From Cyanophora paradoxa CCMP329 (lineage: Eukaryota > Plantae > Glaucophyta): DNA of 64,000 nucleotides. The position numbers and the translations under genes were made by a program. The notes under the pieces were generated by a model that saw only the letters and a program-made list of their open reading frames with translations, was not told where the DNA came from and ran no database searches. Where the stretch lies: contig QPMI01000432.1 of the NCBI GenBank assembly GCA_004431415.1, forward strand, positions 62,001-126,000, read 5' to 3'. This document shows, one piece after another, positions 12,015 to 24,945 of the stretch. How positions within the stretch are numbered: position 1 is the stretch's first letter; each line of letters opens with the position of its first letter.

Positions 12015-14693
12015 CTAGAGTGGGGGGTCGGAGGCGCCCGGGGCGACGCCGGCGCGCGCGAGGCGCTGCCGGAGGGTGCGGAGGGCGCGTGCGGCCTCGG
12101 GGCGGGGCACGGCGGCGGGGCGGGGCCGCAGGGGCCGGAGCCCCTGCGGCTCGGAGCGGTGGGCGACGACGCGAGGCACGAAGGCCTCGACGGCGCCGCC
12201 CCGCGCCGTCGCCCGCGCCAGGGCGACGCGGTACCGCGTCCGCCCCCGGCTCTCCGCCAGCGGCCGCGCCGGCGCCCCGAACGGCGTCCGCAGCCGCATC
12301 TGCTCGAACGAGATCAGGGGTCGTCCAAGGCGGGATCAGAAGGGACGCCGAAGCTCACCGCGAGCCGCCACTTGGCCGTGACCACGGCGGAGCCGCCGTA
12401 CTCGTCGTACTCCAGGGCGTCCACCTTCCCGAAGGAAAAGGAAGAACGTCAGGCTTGAGGGCGGGCGGGCTGGGCGCCCGGCGGGCTTGGCCATAGCGGG
12501 ACGAGCCTGCAGATGAGAGAGGTCCATGCATGCCATGGAGACGAAAGGTGGGAGGCCCGCGGCCGCCGCCGCAGAGAAGGCAGCCGGCCCCTCGCGCCGC
12601 CCCGACACGTCCGCGAAGCGACAGCGCCGGTCGTAAAGCTCGGGCGTCAGCTGGCCCGTCACGAGGTACTGCCGCCCAAAGTCCGCCTGAGGAAGGGCGG
12701 TGAGGGGAACGACGAAGAAGGACGACGGGGGGTACGCACCCGAAGGGCCGCGACGAGGGCCGCGAGGGCCTCTTCGCGCGTCGCCCCCGCGCAGGCCAGC
12801 CGACGCAGGGCTGCGGGGGCACGCGTCAGCTCGAGGCATCTTCAGGGGTACGGGGTGCGCGTGCACCCTCGGCGCGGGGGGGCCCCGGGGTATCGGCGAG
12901 GGCCTCCTCCAGGAGGGCGGAGAGCTCGCGGGACTCGGTACCCCCCTCCTCCTCCTCCCCCTCCTCCTCCTCGAGCTCGCCCAGCGCCTCGACGGCCTCC
13001 CTCGCGTCGCTCGCCCCCGCCCCGCCCCCATGCCCGTGACCGTGCCCGTGGTCCAGCGCCCCGGACCCCAGGCTCTCCAGCAGGCCGCCTGGGCCCCCGG
13101 GGGCCGCCCCGGCCCCCAGCGCCTGCTTCGCCCCGTGCGCGGCCTCCGCCGCAGCCGCCCCGGCCCCGTGGGCCCCCGCCGCCCCCGCCTGCTTGCCGGC
13201 CGAGAGCAGCCCTCCCAGGCTGAGGAGGTCGTGGGGGGAAGAGGAAGAAGCGTGCGCCGCCAGGCCCGAGTGCTCCAGCGCCTGCGGGGAGTACAGTGCG
13301 CTCAAGAGGGGGATACGGCCTGTGATCGGGTAGGGGCGCGCACGTCGAGAACGTGGTGCATGTGGAGGAGCTCGAGGCTGCCCGTGAAGGCCTTGGCAGC
13401 GGCCAGGGCGACCTAGACCAGGGCTTAGATCCAGGCAGGAAGCTCAAGTGTACAAAGCGGAGCAGACCCGGGCGAAGGGGGCGGCGAGGGCGGCGGCTGT
13501 GAGGAGGAGCGGGAGGGCGCCCGGCCCGAGGAGCTGCCGCAGGGCCAGGGCCCCCACGAGGGAGACGCCCCCGGCCCCGCCCCCGCCCCGACCCGATCCC
13601 GCGCCCGAGTCCAGTCCCAGGCCGAGGCCAAAGTCGGGTTCGAATCCCGGCGGCTCCGCGTCGAAGTTGTCGAAGAGCTCGTGCTTGTCCAGGAACGAGC
13701 GCTCCGCCTGGATTCGAACACTCAGATTCGTTGGCTTCAGATTGAGCCGTGGGGGGGCGCACGCTGCCGGCGTGCTGCGCTCGGATCGCCTCCAGCGCTT
13801 CTTCCCGGGCTCTCTTCCACTCCTGCCAGACCCGGTTCAATTCCTCTGCGGGGTACGCAGAATGGGCGGGGCGGGGCGGGGCGGGCCTCGAGGCGGGCGA
13901 GGTCCTCAGGTGAGTTGAAGGCCGGGACCAGCCGCCCGCCCTCCAGCTGCGCGCATCAGATCAGCCTGGCAGATGGGACGAGGCGCGCCTCTGGAGGGGT
14001 ACAAGGGAAACGTACGCGGAGGGTGCAAGACGGGGCGGGCGTTTCGGCATTCGCGCACGCCACGGGAAAGACCTGCGCGGGTTCATATTAGATCCACGTA
14101 GGACCGGGTGAGGGAAGGGTACGCGCCTCCTCGTGGTCGGCTGGGTACCCGAGGCCCGCGAGGTCCTCTCCCCCCTCGAAGAGGGCCCCCTCCAGCGCTC
14201 CCTCCGGGTACAGCAGCGCCGGCGGCCCTGCGCGTCGTCGGCAGTCAGCTTCAGATCGAGCACGGCGCTGCGGTTTGGGACGCATGCGCGGACCTCTCTC
14301 GAGCTCTGCGGGAGCATGCGCATGCAGCTGTGGCGCCGGCGCATGCGCAGCGCTAGCGGCGCGCGTCGCGTCCGCGCCGGTCGTTGAAGGGAACGCGCTC
14401 ATGCGGCGCCGCGCGGGCGCTTGGTTTGCCGTTGTCCACAGGCGGCTGCAGCTGGTCTCGAGTTCCCCCTCCACCCAGCTGCGCCCGCTGCGGCGAAGCT
14501 TGTCGACATCGCCCGCGCGGTTCAGGGCGGTGCTGTGCGCTTCGGCTGGTGCCTTCGCGCTGCAAGCCGCGCTGCATCTAGCGCTCCCTCCGCACGACCG
14601 CTCGCCGCGCTGCGGGTGCGGCGGACACCCGGCCGGGAGCACTGGCGAGAACGCAGCGTGCGGCGCACTCTGCACCCGGCTGCAGATGGTCAT
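12015..14693 (-). CDS. Probable DUF2358/NTF2-like domain protein with a long low-complexity N-terminus (boundaries uncertain)
   Basis: ADFGRQYLVTGQLTPELYDRRCRFAD, VTAKWRL and GRTRYRV...VAH resemble the DUF2358/SnoaL pattern. Upstream exons are His/Gly/Glu-rich. Confidence 0.5.
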
Positions 14694-14903
14694 GGCGGCT
14701 GCAATATCCACTGTGCTGCGTGGTGCGCAGCGCGATCGCGCCGGCGATCGATATCTAGATCTGCGATCGACGCGCAGGGAAGCGGAAGGGCGCTGGTGGA
14801 TGCCAAGCACGCCATTGCAGAAAAAAGGTTTAGGGGGCGCGCAGGGTCGCGTCGGCGGGTCCTGACTTGAAGGGGTGGCCCGAGAGGAAGGAGCGAGAGA
14901 GAT

Positions 14904-14940
14904 TGGCCCCGACCGGGATCGAACCCGGTGATCGTCGGAC
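14904..14940 (-). other. tRNA-like 3' fragment / B-box (T-arm-like hairpin + acceptor-like strand)
   Basis: Minus strand GTCCGACGATCACCGGGTTCGATCCCGGTCGGGGCCA. No convincing D arm or 5' half found. Confidence 0.35.
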
Positions 14941-15145
14941 TTTACTGCCTGCCGCCGCCGCGGGCGCGCCGCGGCCGCGCGCGGCGCCGGCGCCGGCCGG
15001 CGCGCGGGCCCCAAGGTCGGATCCGAGGCGCGCGGCGCGCGGGGCCTTGGCACCTGAACTAACTAATATTCAATCATTGAATAGCTATGACAAGACTAGG
15101 CCATGGCCAGGGGGACTCCGGGACCCCGGGGCCTCGAGCTCGAGG

Positions 15146-18100
15146 CTAGGCCCCGACGGAGAGGTACTGGACGGCGAGCATCACCCAGACGGCGCAGGCG
15201 CCCTCCGGGTACGTGAACACCCGCGCCCGCAGCGCGAACCGCACCTGCCCAACGGGAGGTACGTTCATGCGAGCTCGAGCCTCGAAAGGCGGCAGGGGGG
15301 GGGCGCGAATGCGCACCATGTCGCCCCGGGTGGCGAGGATGTCGGCGGCGGCGCGCGCCCGCAGGAGGGCCGCCATCGCCCGCTGCGGCGAGTGGTGCGC
15401 GAACTGGATCGGGAAGGCTGCAGGAGGGGCGACGTGAGGCGCTGGAGAGCGGAGGACGGGCGAGGCGCGCGCGCCCTTGAAGGTGTGGCCCTCGGGGACC
15501 GCCCGCTTGATGCTGAGCTGATGACGGACCGTCGTCAGAAAGGGGTGGGGTTGGAGGGGGGGTACGGGGCACCTGGAAGTCGTCGGGGGCGAGGGCGACG
15601 CCGGTGAGGCGCTCGTGCTCGTAGGCGGAGAGGGCGGGGGCCAGCAGGTAGGCGAGGCCCTCGTCCCACACCGCCCCGCCCAGCTGCCCGGCAGAAAGGG
15701 GGTCGGAGGGGCTTGAGGAGGGGAGAGGAGAGAGGGGCGCGGCTAGAAGCCGCGCTGCTGCTAGGGCGGCGTTGCGCGAACTCAGAGCGTAGTCTTAGTC
15801 TTAGAGCTTCAAGTTAAGAGCAAAAGGCAGGGAGAGAGAGGCTTGAGCGCTCGGGCGGGGCGGGGCGCACGCTGCTGGAGCGGCGGTGGGCGTCGACGAG
15901 GGACCGCAGCGCCGCCTCCAGCGCCTCCTCCGTCGCCTGCCGCCCCGGCGCCCGGCTCCGCGCGTCAGGTCGCGGGGCGGGGCGAGCCCAGGCGTGCCCT
16001 CGAGGCGCGCCCCAGAGCACTCCTCTAGCACTTCACTGCCTCGTTAAATCCACTGCCTCGTTGCCACGCACCTGCGCCGGGACGGTGGATGCCACCAGCG
16101 CCACGCCGGGCACCCTGCGGGGGGCGAGGGCGTCGGGCCAGGGAAAGGAGGAGACGGCGGGCGGGGCGGGGGCCGGGCACCGGCGGAGCGGGGCGAGGGC
16201 GGCGGGGTCCATGGGGCGCCACAGGGCGGGGTCCTCCAGCTCGAACGAGCACCCCGCCGCCTCGTCGCTGCGCCCGAGTCAGCTGGTGGGGCGGGGCAGG
16301 GCGGGCAGGAGCAGCCTGCGCTAGCCCGGGCTACGCGCGCTGGGCTGGCCAGCCGGGCGCGCTGGGCCCGGCCAGGCTCCGCGCTAGGGCATTGCGCTCC
16401 CGCATCCGGCCCTTCCCCCTCTCAGTCGGCCGGGCACCTGGGCTGGTTGTTGGCGTAGAAGGCGCGGTGGTTGAAGAGGCACCCGACGGTCCGGTACCGC
16501 CGCCCCAGCGCCGCGTCCGCCCCGTGCGCGTACCTGCGCCGCATGAGAAGAAGGCTGAGGGGGTACCGGGTGGGAGGGGGGTACCGGACGCCCGTGGTGC
16601 TCTCCCAGAAGGTGACGCGGTCGCCCGGGCCCCGCGTGACCACCCACGCGTGCGGGCCGGCCCCGTCCTGTGCCAAGGAATGAGAAGCGAGGGGGGGCAG
16701 GGAGGGGGGGTAGGGCGGGGCGGCGGGGAGGGGAGAGACGAAGACGCCGCCGCTCTTCTACAGGAGAGGCGGGGCGGGGCGGGGCGGGGCGGGGGAGCGA
16801 GGCGCACGGTGCCGATGGCGACGTAGGCGTCAAGGTTGAAGCCGAGGAGGAGCGAGCAGAGGAGCACCGCGTGGTCCGCCACGTCCCCGGAGCCCTGCGG
16901 AGGGAGGGAGGGTTACAGGATCCCTCGGATTGGGGGTACGAGCAACCATAGGCCCGCGCCTTGCAGAGGAAGGTGTGGGGGGTGAGCCAGAGGTCGGGCC
17001 GCCCGGGGCCGCCCCCGACGGCCTCCTCGCGGGCCACGGGAAGCAGCGAGACGAAGCGCGCGGCGTGTCGCGGCGAGTCCAGTAGCCGCCCTGCCCGCAG
17101 CGGCCGCACGAACGAGACGACAGGCCGCTGCGCCCCGTCCTCTGCGAACGAAGCCGGATCAATTCTTATTCTTTCGAGGGTCGCCCTTCCCCTGCGCGCC
17201 CGCACGCACCGGAGGGGGCAAAGATCTTGCAGAGTCGGACGGTGTGCTGTGGCCGGACCTGCAGGTAGTCCTTCCACCAGGCCCGCGCGTAGGCGTAGAA
17301 CCGCCGCTCCGCCTCGCCCTCCCGCGCCCGCTCCGCCTGCAGCTGCGCCGGCGGCGTCAGCCTCGCCCGCTTCGCCGGCGGGCGGAGTGGCGGGCGCACG
17401 CGGGCGTCGATGTCGGCGGCGGGGAGCAGGTCCGGCGGCTGCGGCCTCGGCAGCAGCTCGAGGCGGGCCTCGAGCGAGCCGGCCGCCGTGCCCTTGCCCT
17501 CTGGCGCCCCGCTGGCGAGCTCCAGCGCCACGCTCCACTGGCCGGCCTTGAGCACGCGGCGCCACTCGAGGGCGTGCGTCCCCACGAGGCGCGTGTGCCC
17601 GTCCGGCGCCGTCGCCGTCACCGCCACCTGCAGCGGCGACGCGCACTCCAGGAGCGCCGCCGGCGCCGTCGGCCGCGACGAGTCGGGGTCCTGCGGCGCC
17701 GGCGCAGCTCGACGTCAGCCGCGAGCGTGCGAGGCGGGCGAAACTTGTAGGAGGGCGTGCCTGGGGCAGCTCGATGAGGAAAGCGTCGGTAAAGCCGGGC
17801 TCGAGCGCGAGGGGCGCCGGCCGCGAGCGGAAGCGCTGCCCCTCAAACTGCGCGTGCACGACGACGCTCCACTCGTGCCGCTCCGCCGCCGGCACCGTCA
17901 GCGCGTCCACGAACGCCTTCCCGCCCTGCGGTACCGCGGCGCGCTCGGCGAGAGCGCCGCGCAGGGGCGGGCGGACCGGGCGCCTGGCCGCACCAGAAGT
18001 TTGAAGTGCAGGTACCGCCGCGTAGGGAGCACGCGCGTCTCGAGCGCCGTCTCCGAGAGGCTCACGGCGGCCGCGGGTGCTGGAGGCTCCAGCTCGGGCT

Positions 18101-18353
18101 GCGGCGCGGGCGGCAGGGCGAGGCCGCCGAGCGAGCGGAGGATGTCCGCGACGAGGCCCTTCTCATGCATGGCCTGGACCAGCCGCTCATCCGCCGTGGT
18201 GCTACCGGAGCCTTCCTGCTGCACGAACGAGCTGACGAACTCGCGGATCTGCGAGTACACGTTGGCCTGCCGGAGGTGGTCGCTGATAGCCGCGCGAAGC
18301 TGCGCCACCCGCTCCGCCGGCAAGCCCGAGCTGGGCGCCATCGGTGCCGGCAT
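15146..18353 (-). CDS. CEP76: Centrosomal protein CEP76
   Basis: RRYLHFKLL|GGKAF, QRFRSRP..EPGF, FYAYARAWWKDY, RLLDSPRHAARFVSL, GDVADHAVLLCSLLLGF, HAWV..TFWES, YRTVGCLFNH..FYAN. C-terminal YPEGACAVWVMLA. Confidence 0.92.
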
Positions 18354-18552
18354 GACGGCTTCGGCGCTGCTGCCGGGTGATGCTGCACCGGCTGCGCTTC
18401 CCGGTGCCGCGAAAGCTGCTGTGCAACTTTCTGGTCTGTGGAACCTCGGCTTCTGTGCCTGCGGAGCTCGGCGGAGGCTCGGCTTTTTGCGAAGGGCGCG
18501 CGGGAAGACCGATCGGCTCCGGCCAGGCCCTGTTTCGGAGCAGCCAACAGCG

Positions 18553-20492
18553 ATGGCCCGGCAGCGCGCGGCGAAGCGCGCCCGCGGGGAGGAGCCCTCG
18601 GATTCGGCGGCGAATTTGAATTCAGCGGCTTCAGCAGCAGAGAGCGGCAGCGGCGCGGCGGGGGGAAATCCATTCGAGCGCCTCCCCGATGAGCTCGTGC
18701 TGCGGATCTTCAGCGAGATCGAGGCCACGGAGGCCTTCGAGAAGTGTCGGCTTTGGGCGGTGGACAGGCGCTTTCGGCGGCTCGTCGGCGGCGTGCATTG
18801 GAAGGAGCTGCGACTTTGCGGTCCGGCTTGCTGCAGCCCTTTGCTTGCCGTCCAGCGGTTCGAGCAGCTGACGAGGCGAGCAGTCGATCGCCTGAAACGC
18901 GGCGCTGTCCTCGGCGCCCTCTGCGTGGTGATTGATGTAGGCTGTAGTTCGGAAAAAGAAGGCGTATTCGAATCTTTCATCGAAGACAGCCGCCTAAAAC
19001 TTGATCCGTCGGTCGAGAACATCAAAGCGTTTCATAAAGCCGCACACGCTGCGACGAGTGAGTTGATTTGCAATCCGTTAAAAGTTGCGATGCATTCGCC
19101 CGCTCACTATCGGTTGTCCGCAGACGTTCTCAGCGCCCTTGCAACCAGCACCGTGCCGGTGGAAAGAGTCAAGTTCAGCTGGTTTGGCGGAAACTGGCCG
19201 AGCGAGGAGCGCCAGCGATCGGCCGGCGTAACCCCCTTGTCGTGCGAGCGGCTAGCGCGGTCGTTTCTGGTGGCCCTCAGTCCAGCGGCGTCTTTGCGAT
19301 CGCTCGTATGTACGGCGAGGTGCTCGCTCGGAGGTGCTCTGGCAAAAGTGGCCGTTCCTGGGGCTGTTCCACCGCTGCGACAACTCAACCTGCGACCTGC
19401 CCGTGTCAGATTGGACGACGCCGTGTGTTTCGATTCCGTCCGTTGCTGTCCCCGGTCTAACGCGCCTTGCAGGCGTCCATTCGCCGGGCCTGGCCCAATC
19501 TGGAGATTTTTTCTTGCTTTGACATCTCTGAAGACGCCCTGCGCGAGTTGACGTGTTTGGAAAAACTGCGCGAGTTGGACGCGATTTATTACGACACGCG
19601 CGCCATTAGCATCGATGCTGCACTTGCCGCTGTGGCGTCCTCTCCATGTGCCCCTCGCCTTCGCGTGCTCAATCTGCAGGCCCAGCACGCACCCCTCGTG
19701 GGACCAGCAGGCCTGAGCGCCTTCCTTCATCTCCGTGCTCTCGAACGGATCGCGGTCAGGGCGCGCTCAGCTTTTGCGCATTATCCTCTTTACCTGATCT
19801 CAGTCGGCTCGCAGGTTGACCAGAGGTCGACGGGCGTGTTATGCGGCCTCGCCGACCTGCCAGAGCTTCGCGAGCTCGATCTCCGGCTGATCGTGCGCTT
19901 TTTCCTGTTGCCCCTATCTCGTGCAGGCCCTTCCTTGCACAAACTAAAGCACAACCAGGCCGAGTCGGATGGCGGGGCGGGCCTCATTCACGCTGCGGCA
20001 AACGCGATTCAGCAGTGCAAGCATCTGGAGAAAACTGATCTTTGCATCTCTTCGATTGAGCCAGTTGCAGCTGAACAGCCTGCGATTTGTGGGCTCGTTC
20101 GGGCTGCTCGCAAATCCCTCGTGCGCCTGTCTGTGATTAGGGGGGCGAACTCTCTGTGTCCTGAGCTCTTTGCAGTGCGATTCTTTTTTTGCATGCTTCG
20201 GTCCTCATTTGCCGATGCACTGCCGCAGGAACTGGTCCAAGGCGGCCCCAAACTACAGATCGTGCGTGTGCAGCATATTTTCCCGGATCCGGAGGGCACT
20301 GAGGTGGACAAGCTGGTCCCTTTGCTCCGGCTGCGGGATTGTACTAGTACTCTGGAGGGGCGTCCTAATCTTAAGATCCGCATCAATCTCGTGGTTCCGA
20401 AAACGATCTACGATGTTGCCTGTAGCATCGTTACGGGCTGGTTTCCCTCGTTGCCCGTGGGCCCAGTCAAGGTTCAGGTCGAAAAACTATGA
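18553..20492 (+). CDS. F-box protein with LRR-like C-terminal region
   Basis: F-box NPFERLPDELVLRIF...AVDRRFRRL, followed by LRR-like LRELDA, LRVLNL and LPELRELDL. Lower GC than neighbouring genes. Confidence 0.75.
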
Positions 20493-20656
20493 GCTGGTCT
20501 TTGATCTATGCTGCCCCGTGCAGGCGTGAACTTGACTTCGCTGTCACTGTGTGCATTAATTTGAACCAGATACCAGATATATGCAGGGAGCGGAGAGGGG
20601 GGGGGGGGAGAAGGGGGGGGTACGTAAAGATCGTGACATGCCCCTCGGCCGCGGTC

Positions 20657-23600
20657 TCAGGTGAGCTTCATGGCCTTGAGCTTGCGGAGGACGGCGTCCA
20701 GCGAGGTCCGCGAGAGCGCGCTCATCACCACCTGCGCCCCGCCCAGGCGAGCTCAGGTGAGCCACCGACCCGGAGGCGGGCGGGGGGAGAAGGGAGGGCG
20801 CGGCGGGTCGGACCTTGACGCCGCTCTCGCGGTACTTGGCGAGGATGGGGACGAGCTTGGGGAGGGGCGCGTGCGAGAAGAACATGGCCCGCTTCTGCTC
20901 GGCCGGCGGCGGGGCTGAAGGTCAGAGGAAGGCGGCGGAGGGGGGCACAGCGCAGCGCAGCGCTCGGCGCGTACGCATCCGCAGGGGCGGGGCGGCCAGC
21001 GCCCCCTCTAGCCCAGCCTTCACAAAGCGCGCGGCGCTCGCGCGGGGCGGACCTGCTCGTCGAGGAGGGCCGCCGTGTAGAACTCGCCCTTGGGCCCGAA
21101 GACGCGGAGCACCTGCGCGCGCGCCTCAGCAAAAGGAAGAAGCAGCCAAATCGGGCGACAGCGGGCCGGGCGCCCGGCGGCAGCGGCGGCGCGCCTGGCG
21201 GAGGGGCTCGAAGACATCGGTGAGGTGGGGCACCCCCGAGCGCGCCGCGAGGCCCTCCAGCAGCGCCACGTCCGCCTCCAGGTTCGCCACCGCCACAGCG
21301 TTGAACCGCTTCACCTGAGAGCCGAGCCTCAGACCTCACCTGAGAATGAGCCGCCCGAGGGGGGCGTGTCACCTGGGGCCCGCCGAGGAGCTCGAGGAGG
21401 GCGGTCGTGGCGCGCGTGAAGGCGGCGAAGTGGACGGCGGTGCAGACGGCGGGGGAGAGGCGGCGGGCGGCCCGCAGCGCGTCCTCCAGGTACTCGGCGA
21501 GCTCCCGCACGTACTCGGCCGGCTCCCCGCTGGGCGCCGACGGCGTCCACGTCTGCAGCGCCGCCCGCGCCACGTGCGCGTCCGCCGCCGCGTACACCAT
21601 GTCGTACAGGCGCATCTGAGGAAGATAGTTAAATAGCGCATCAGAAGAAAGAAGCTAAGGGACCTCGGCGGAGGCCTTGGTCTCGAGGAAGGCGTCGCGG
21701 GCGGCGAGGCGGCCGCCGGGGGCGCCGTTGCGGCCGACGCCGCCGTCGTAGCGCTGGGAGGAGGAGAGCGTGAAGGCGAACTTGTCGAGCGGGGCGCACG
21801 CCGCCGCGAAGAAGGCCAGGTTGAGGGAGAGCTGCGCCCCCGCCCGGAAGCCGGCCCCCAGGGCCGCCGGGATGCCCGCCAGCGCCGCCCCCGCCGCCTC
21901 GTTCAGGCCCCGCGACAGCAGCTCGTCCAGCGCCCGCCTGTACCCCCCGTTCAGTTCAGGTCCGACCGCGAGCAGGAGCGGGGACGGGGAGGGAGGGGTA
22001 CGGCACCTCAGGGCCTCCATCGAGTCGTTCACATGGCGCGCGTACCGCCTGCGGCCGCGGCTCGAACCTTTTTTGAACGGGGGAGGGGGAGGGGGGAGGG
22101 GGGTACGGCACCCGTAGTCGGAGAGGGCGGAGCGGACGGCGGCGACGCAGGTCGGGACGGAGGCGGAGAAGCCGGCGGGGGCGGGGAAGCTGCGAGTGGC
22201 GGGGCCGCCTAATGAGAGGAAGAATGAAATCTAGACAAGAGGGAGGGAGGAGCGGACGATGCGGGAGGGGCGTCGGCGTCCTCGGGGAGGAGGAGGCCCT
22301 CCCCTACCTGAGGGAGGGGCCCGCGGCGTCAAACCGAAGAATCGAGGCCACGATGAGGTTGTGTCATCTGGCAGTCGCACCACGAGGACCTCGCAGTGCT
22401 CGCGGCTCCGCAGCACCACCGGCTCGTAGTCGTCCCCCGCCATCGCCTGCCCGCCCCCTCGCGTCAAGGCCGCCCCTTCCGCCCCCGCTTCCCTCTGCCC
22501 TCCCTCCGGCGCACGGCGTCGAGGAGGGGGCGGAGGGTGCCCAGCGTGAGGGTCAGGAAGCGCGCCCGCGAGGCGTCCAGCGCTGCGCAAAGCTAGGCGA
22601 CGTGCGGGCGGGAGGAGGAGAACGGTCGCCCGCGCACCCTCGAGGAGGCGGGAGACGTTGTAGGCGTGGCCCTCCAGGGCCGCCCCGAGCAGCGCCGCCT
22701 CCTCCTGCGCTTGCCCCCGCCCCGCTCAGACGGGCGGAGGAGGAGGCCCCGGGCGGGCGCGGGCGGGCGCCGGGGCGCGCCTTGAGGGCGGCGAGGGCGG
22801 CCGGGTCCTCCGTCCCCGCCGCCGCCTCCGCGAGGGACGCCGCCAGCCGGCCCGCCACCGCCTCCCACCACTCGGCCAGCTGCGCCCGCGTGAGAACTGG
22901 GGTACAGGATTCGCGGCGGGTCAGGGGGGTACGCGCGTCGGCCGGCGAGAGGAGGGCCGTGGTTGCTTTCAGCACGGTGCGCTCCACGATGAAGAAGCCG
23001 GCCGCCTGGCCCGGGTACGTCAGCCCGAGGGAAGAAACGGGGGGGGGGGGGGGGGGGGGATGGGATCTCGCCAGGGAGAAGTAACCCCCGCGGGAGGCGA
23101 GGAGGCGGGGCCCCGAGGGCGGCTCGACGTCCTGCTCCGCCTGGCCCTGCAGGCGCCCCCGCTCGGGCCGGGCCGACGTGCGGGAGCCGAAGCCAGCGCC
23201 AGCGGGAGGGAGGGCGCACCCGGCGGGAGGAGGCGTACATCGCACGCAGCTCGTCCCGCGCCCCGAGCTGCGCGCGAAGAGAGATTCGAGGGAGACGGGG
23301 CGCGAGGGAGGGAGGGGAGGGGAGGGGAGGCTGCCTGCTCGAAGACGTGGATGGCCTCGTGGAGGGGCGTGAGGTCGAGGGCCCGCAGGGCGGCCCCCGC
23401 CGCCTCCGCCGCCGCCCCCGCCGCCGCCTCCAGCGCCGCCTCGTCCTCGCTAACGGCGGCCGCCATGTCCGCCAGGCTCGCCGGCCTGCTGACGCCGCTG
23501 CCGCCGGCCTTCGGCGCGGAGGCGGGGCGGCCCGACGGGGCGGCCGTGGCGTCGGCGGCCGATCCCTGCTGGGCCCGTCGGCGGCCGCGAGCTTCTCCCG

Positions 23601-24707
23601 CCGGCGCGCCGCCTCTTCCCTCTTCCAGCGCGCAGCGACCGCCCGCAGGGCTGTCGCGCCGACCTCCCGCGCCGCCTCCCGCGCCCTGCGGGGCGCCCTG
23701 CTCGCCCCCGCGCCGCGCCGCCCCGCCCCGCGCCGGACGAGCACGAGCGCGCACCGCACAAGCCACTCGACCACAGAGGACATGATGCCCCTCCGCACCT
23801 CTTCGGTCATCCCCGCCACGCGCGCCTCTGCTCCGCATGCGCACTCAGCGCCCGGGCGCGTGGCGGGCGTCGAGGGTGGGTGGCGGGGCGCGCCGAGCGT
23901 GCGGGCGAGCGGGTAGGGCGAGAGCTTCGGGAGGTGCGCGCGCTGCAGGTCGCCCAGGGCCTGCGGGGCGTCGGCGGGGACCGGAGAGACCCCGTGCCCC
24001 GCGCCGGGACGCACTCGGAGGGCGAGGTAGGGCTTGGAGGCGCGCGCGTGCTCCGCGGCGCGGGCGAGGAGGGCCAGCGCGGCGTGCCACTCCTGCAGCC
24101 CGCCGATCGCCGCCGCCAGGTTCCGCTTGATCTTCCGCCCCTCCAGCAGCGCCTCGCTCTGCCCCGCTCGCGCTCAGCGGCCGCTCGGCGGACGCTCGGC
24201 GACGCGGCGAGGCGCCGGCCCGCGCGGACCTGCTTCAGGAGGGCGCGCCCGGACTCCTGGAGCTGCTGGTCGAGGTCGACCACGGCGCGCTTGAGGTTCC
24301 GCACGTCCTTCCGCGCCGTCGAGAGGTCGTCCACCGACCGAATGAACTCCTGCAGCGCGAGCGCGGCTCGGTTCGGATTTGCGCGGGACGCGCGAGCTAG
24401 AGATCGGGCTGCAGCGTGCCTGGTAGTGCGAGTTGCATAGCTCTTGAATCTCCGTGTCCTTCTTCGCGATGTACGCGTTGAGGACCTCGAGGAACGTGTC
24501 ATGGACGCCCCGCTCGAAGACCGCTTTCAGCGCCGGTCCGGGCTCGTCGCTCTCCACCAGGCTCTGCGCGCGCAAGCGTTGGCGCGCGAGCCTTAGGCTG
24601 CAAGCGGGCGGGCGCGCCTGCAGGATGGCCAGCTCCTCCAGGCCCTCATCTGCGGGACGCGCCGGCGGCGCAGCCGGCGCCGGCGCCTTCCCCTTCTGCT
24701 TGCTCAT
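20657..24707 (-). CDS. SEC15: Exocyst complex component SEC15/EXOC6
   Basis: GPALKAVF, KKDTEIQELCNSHYQ|EFIRSVDDL, PFSASVP, AEYVRELAEYL, VKRFNAVAVANLEADV. Confidence 0.9.
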
Positions 24708-24945
24708 CTCCGCCTCGTCTTCGCGTGCGGCCTCATCGTCCTGCGATGCTGCCGCTGCTGCGCGGCGGCGGGGTGCGGCCCCGCTGCCAGGGTATGCGAT
24801 CTGCCCGCCGAGCTCGAGCCCCTAGCAGGTACGCTTGGCCGGCGTCGTCTGCGCACTGCTTGCTCTCACGCTCATCTTACGCGACTGACCGTCGCGGCAG
24901 GATTCAATAGCAGGGCGCCCAGCTCGAACAGCGGTCGGCCGGCCC

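Noticed and set aside
14728-14772. GCGATCGC/CGATCG cluster as cyanobacterial HIP1 transferred from the plastid
   Set aside because: Short GC-rich palindromes are expected at this base composition, and there is no flanking prokaryote-like sequence.
17410-19551. 713-aa ORF suggesting a large fusion protein
   Set aside because: The first ~380 codons are the antisense of CEP76 exons. Only the part from ATG 18553 is the F-box gene.
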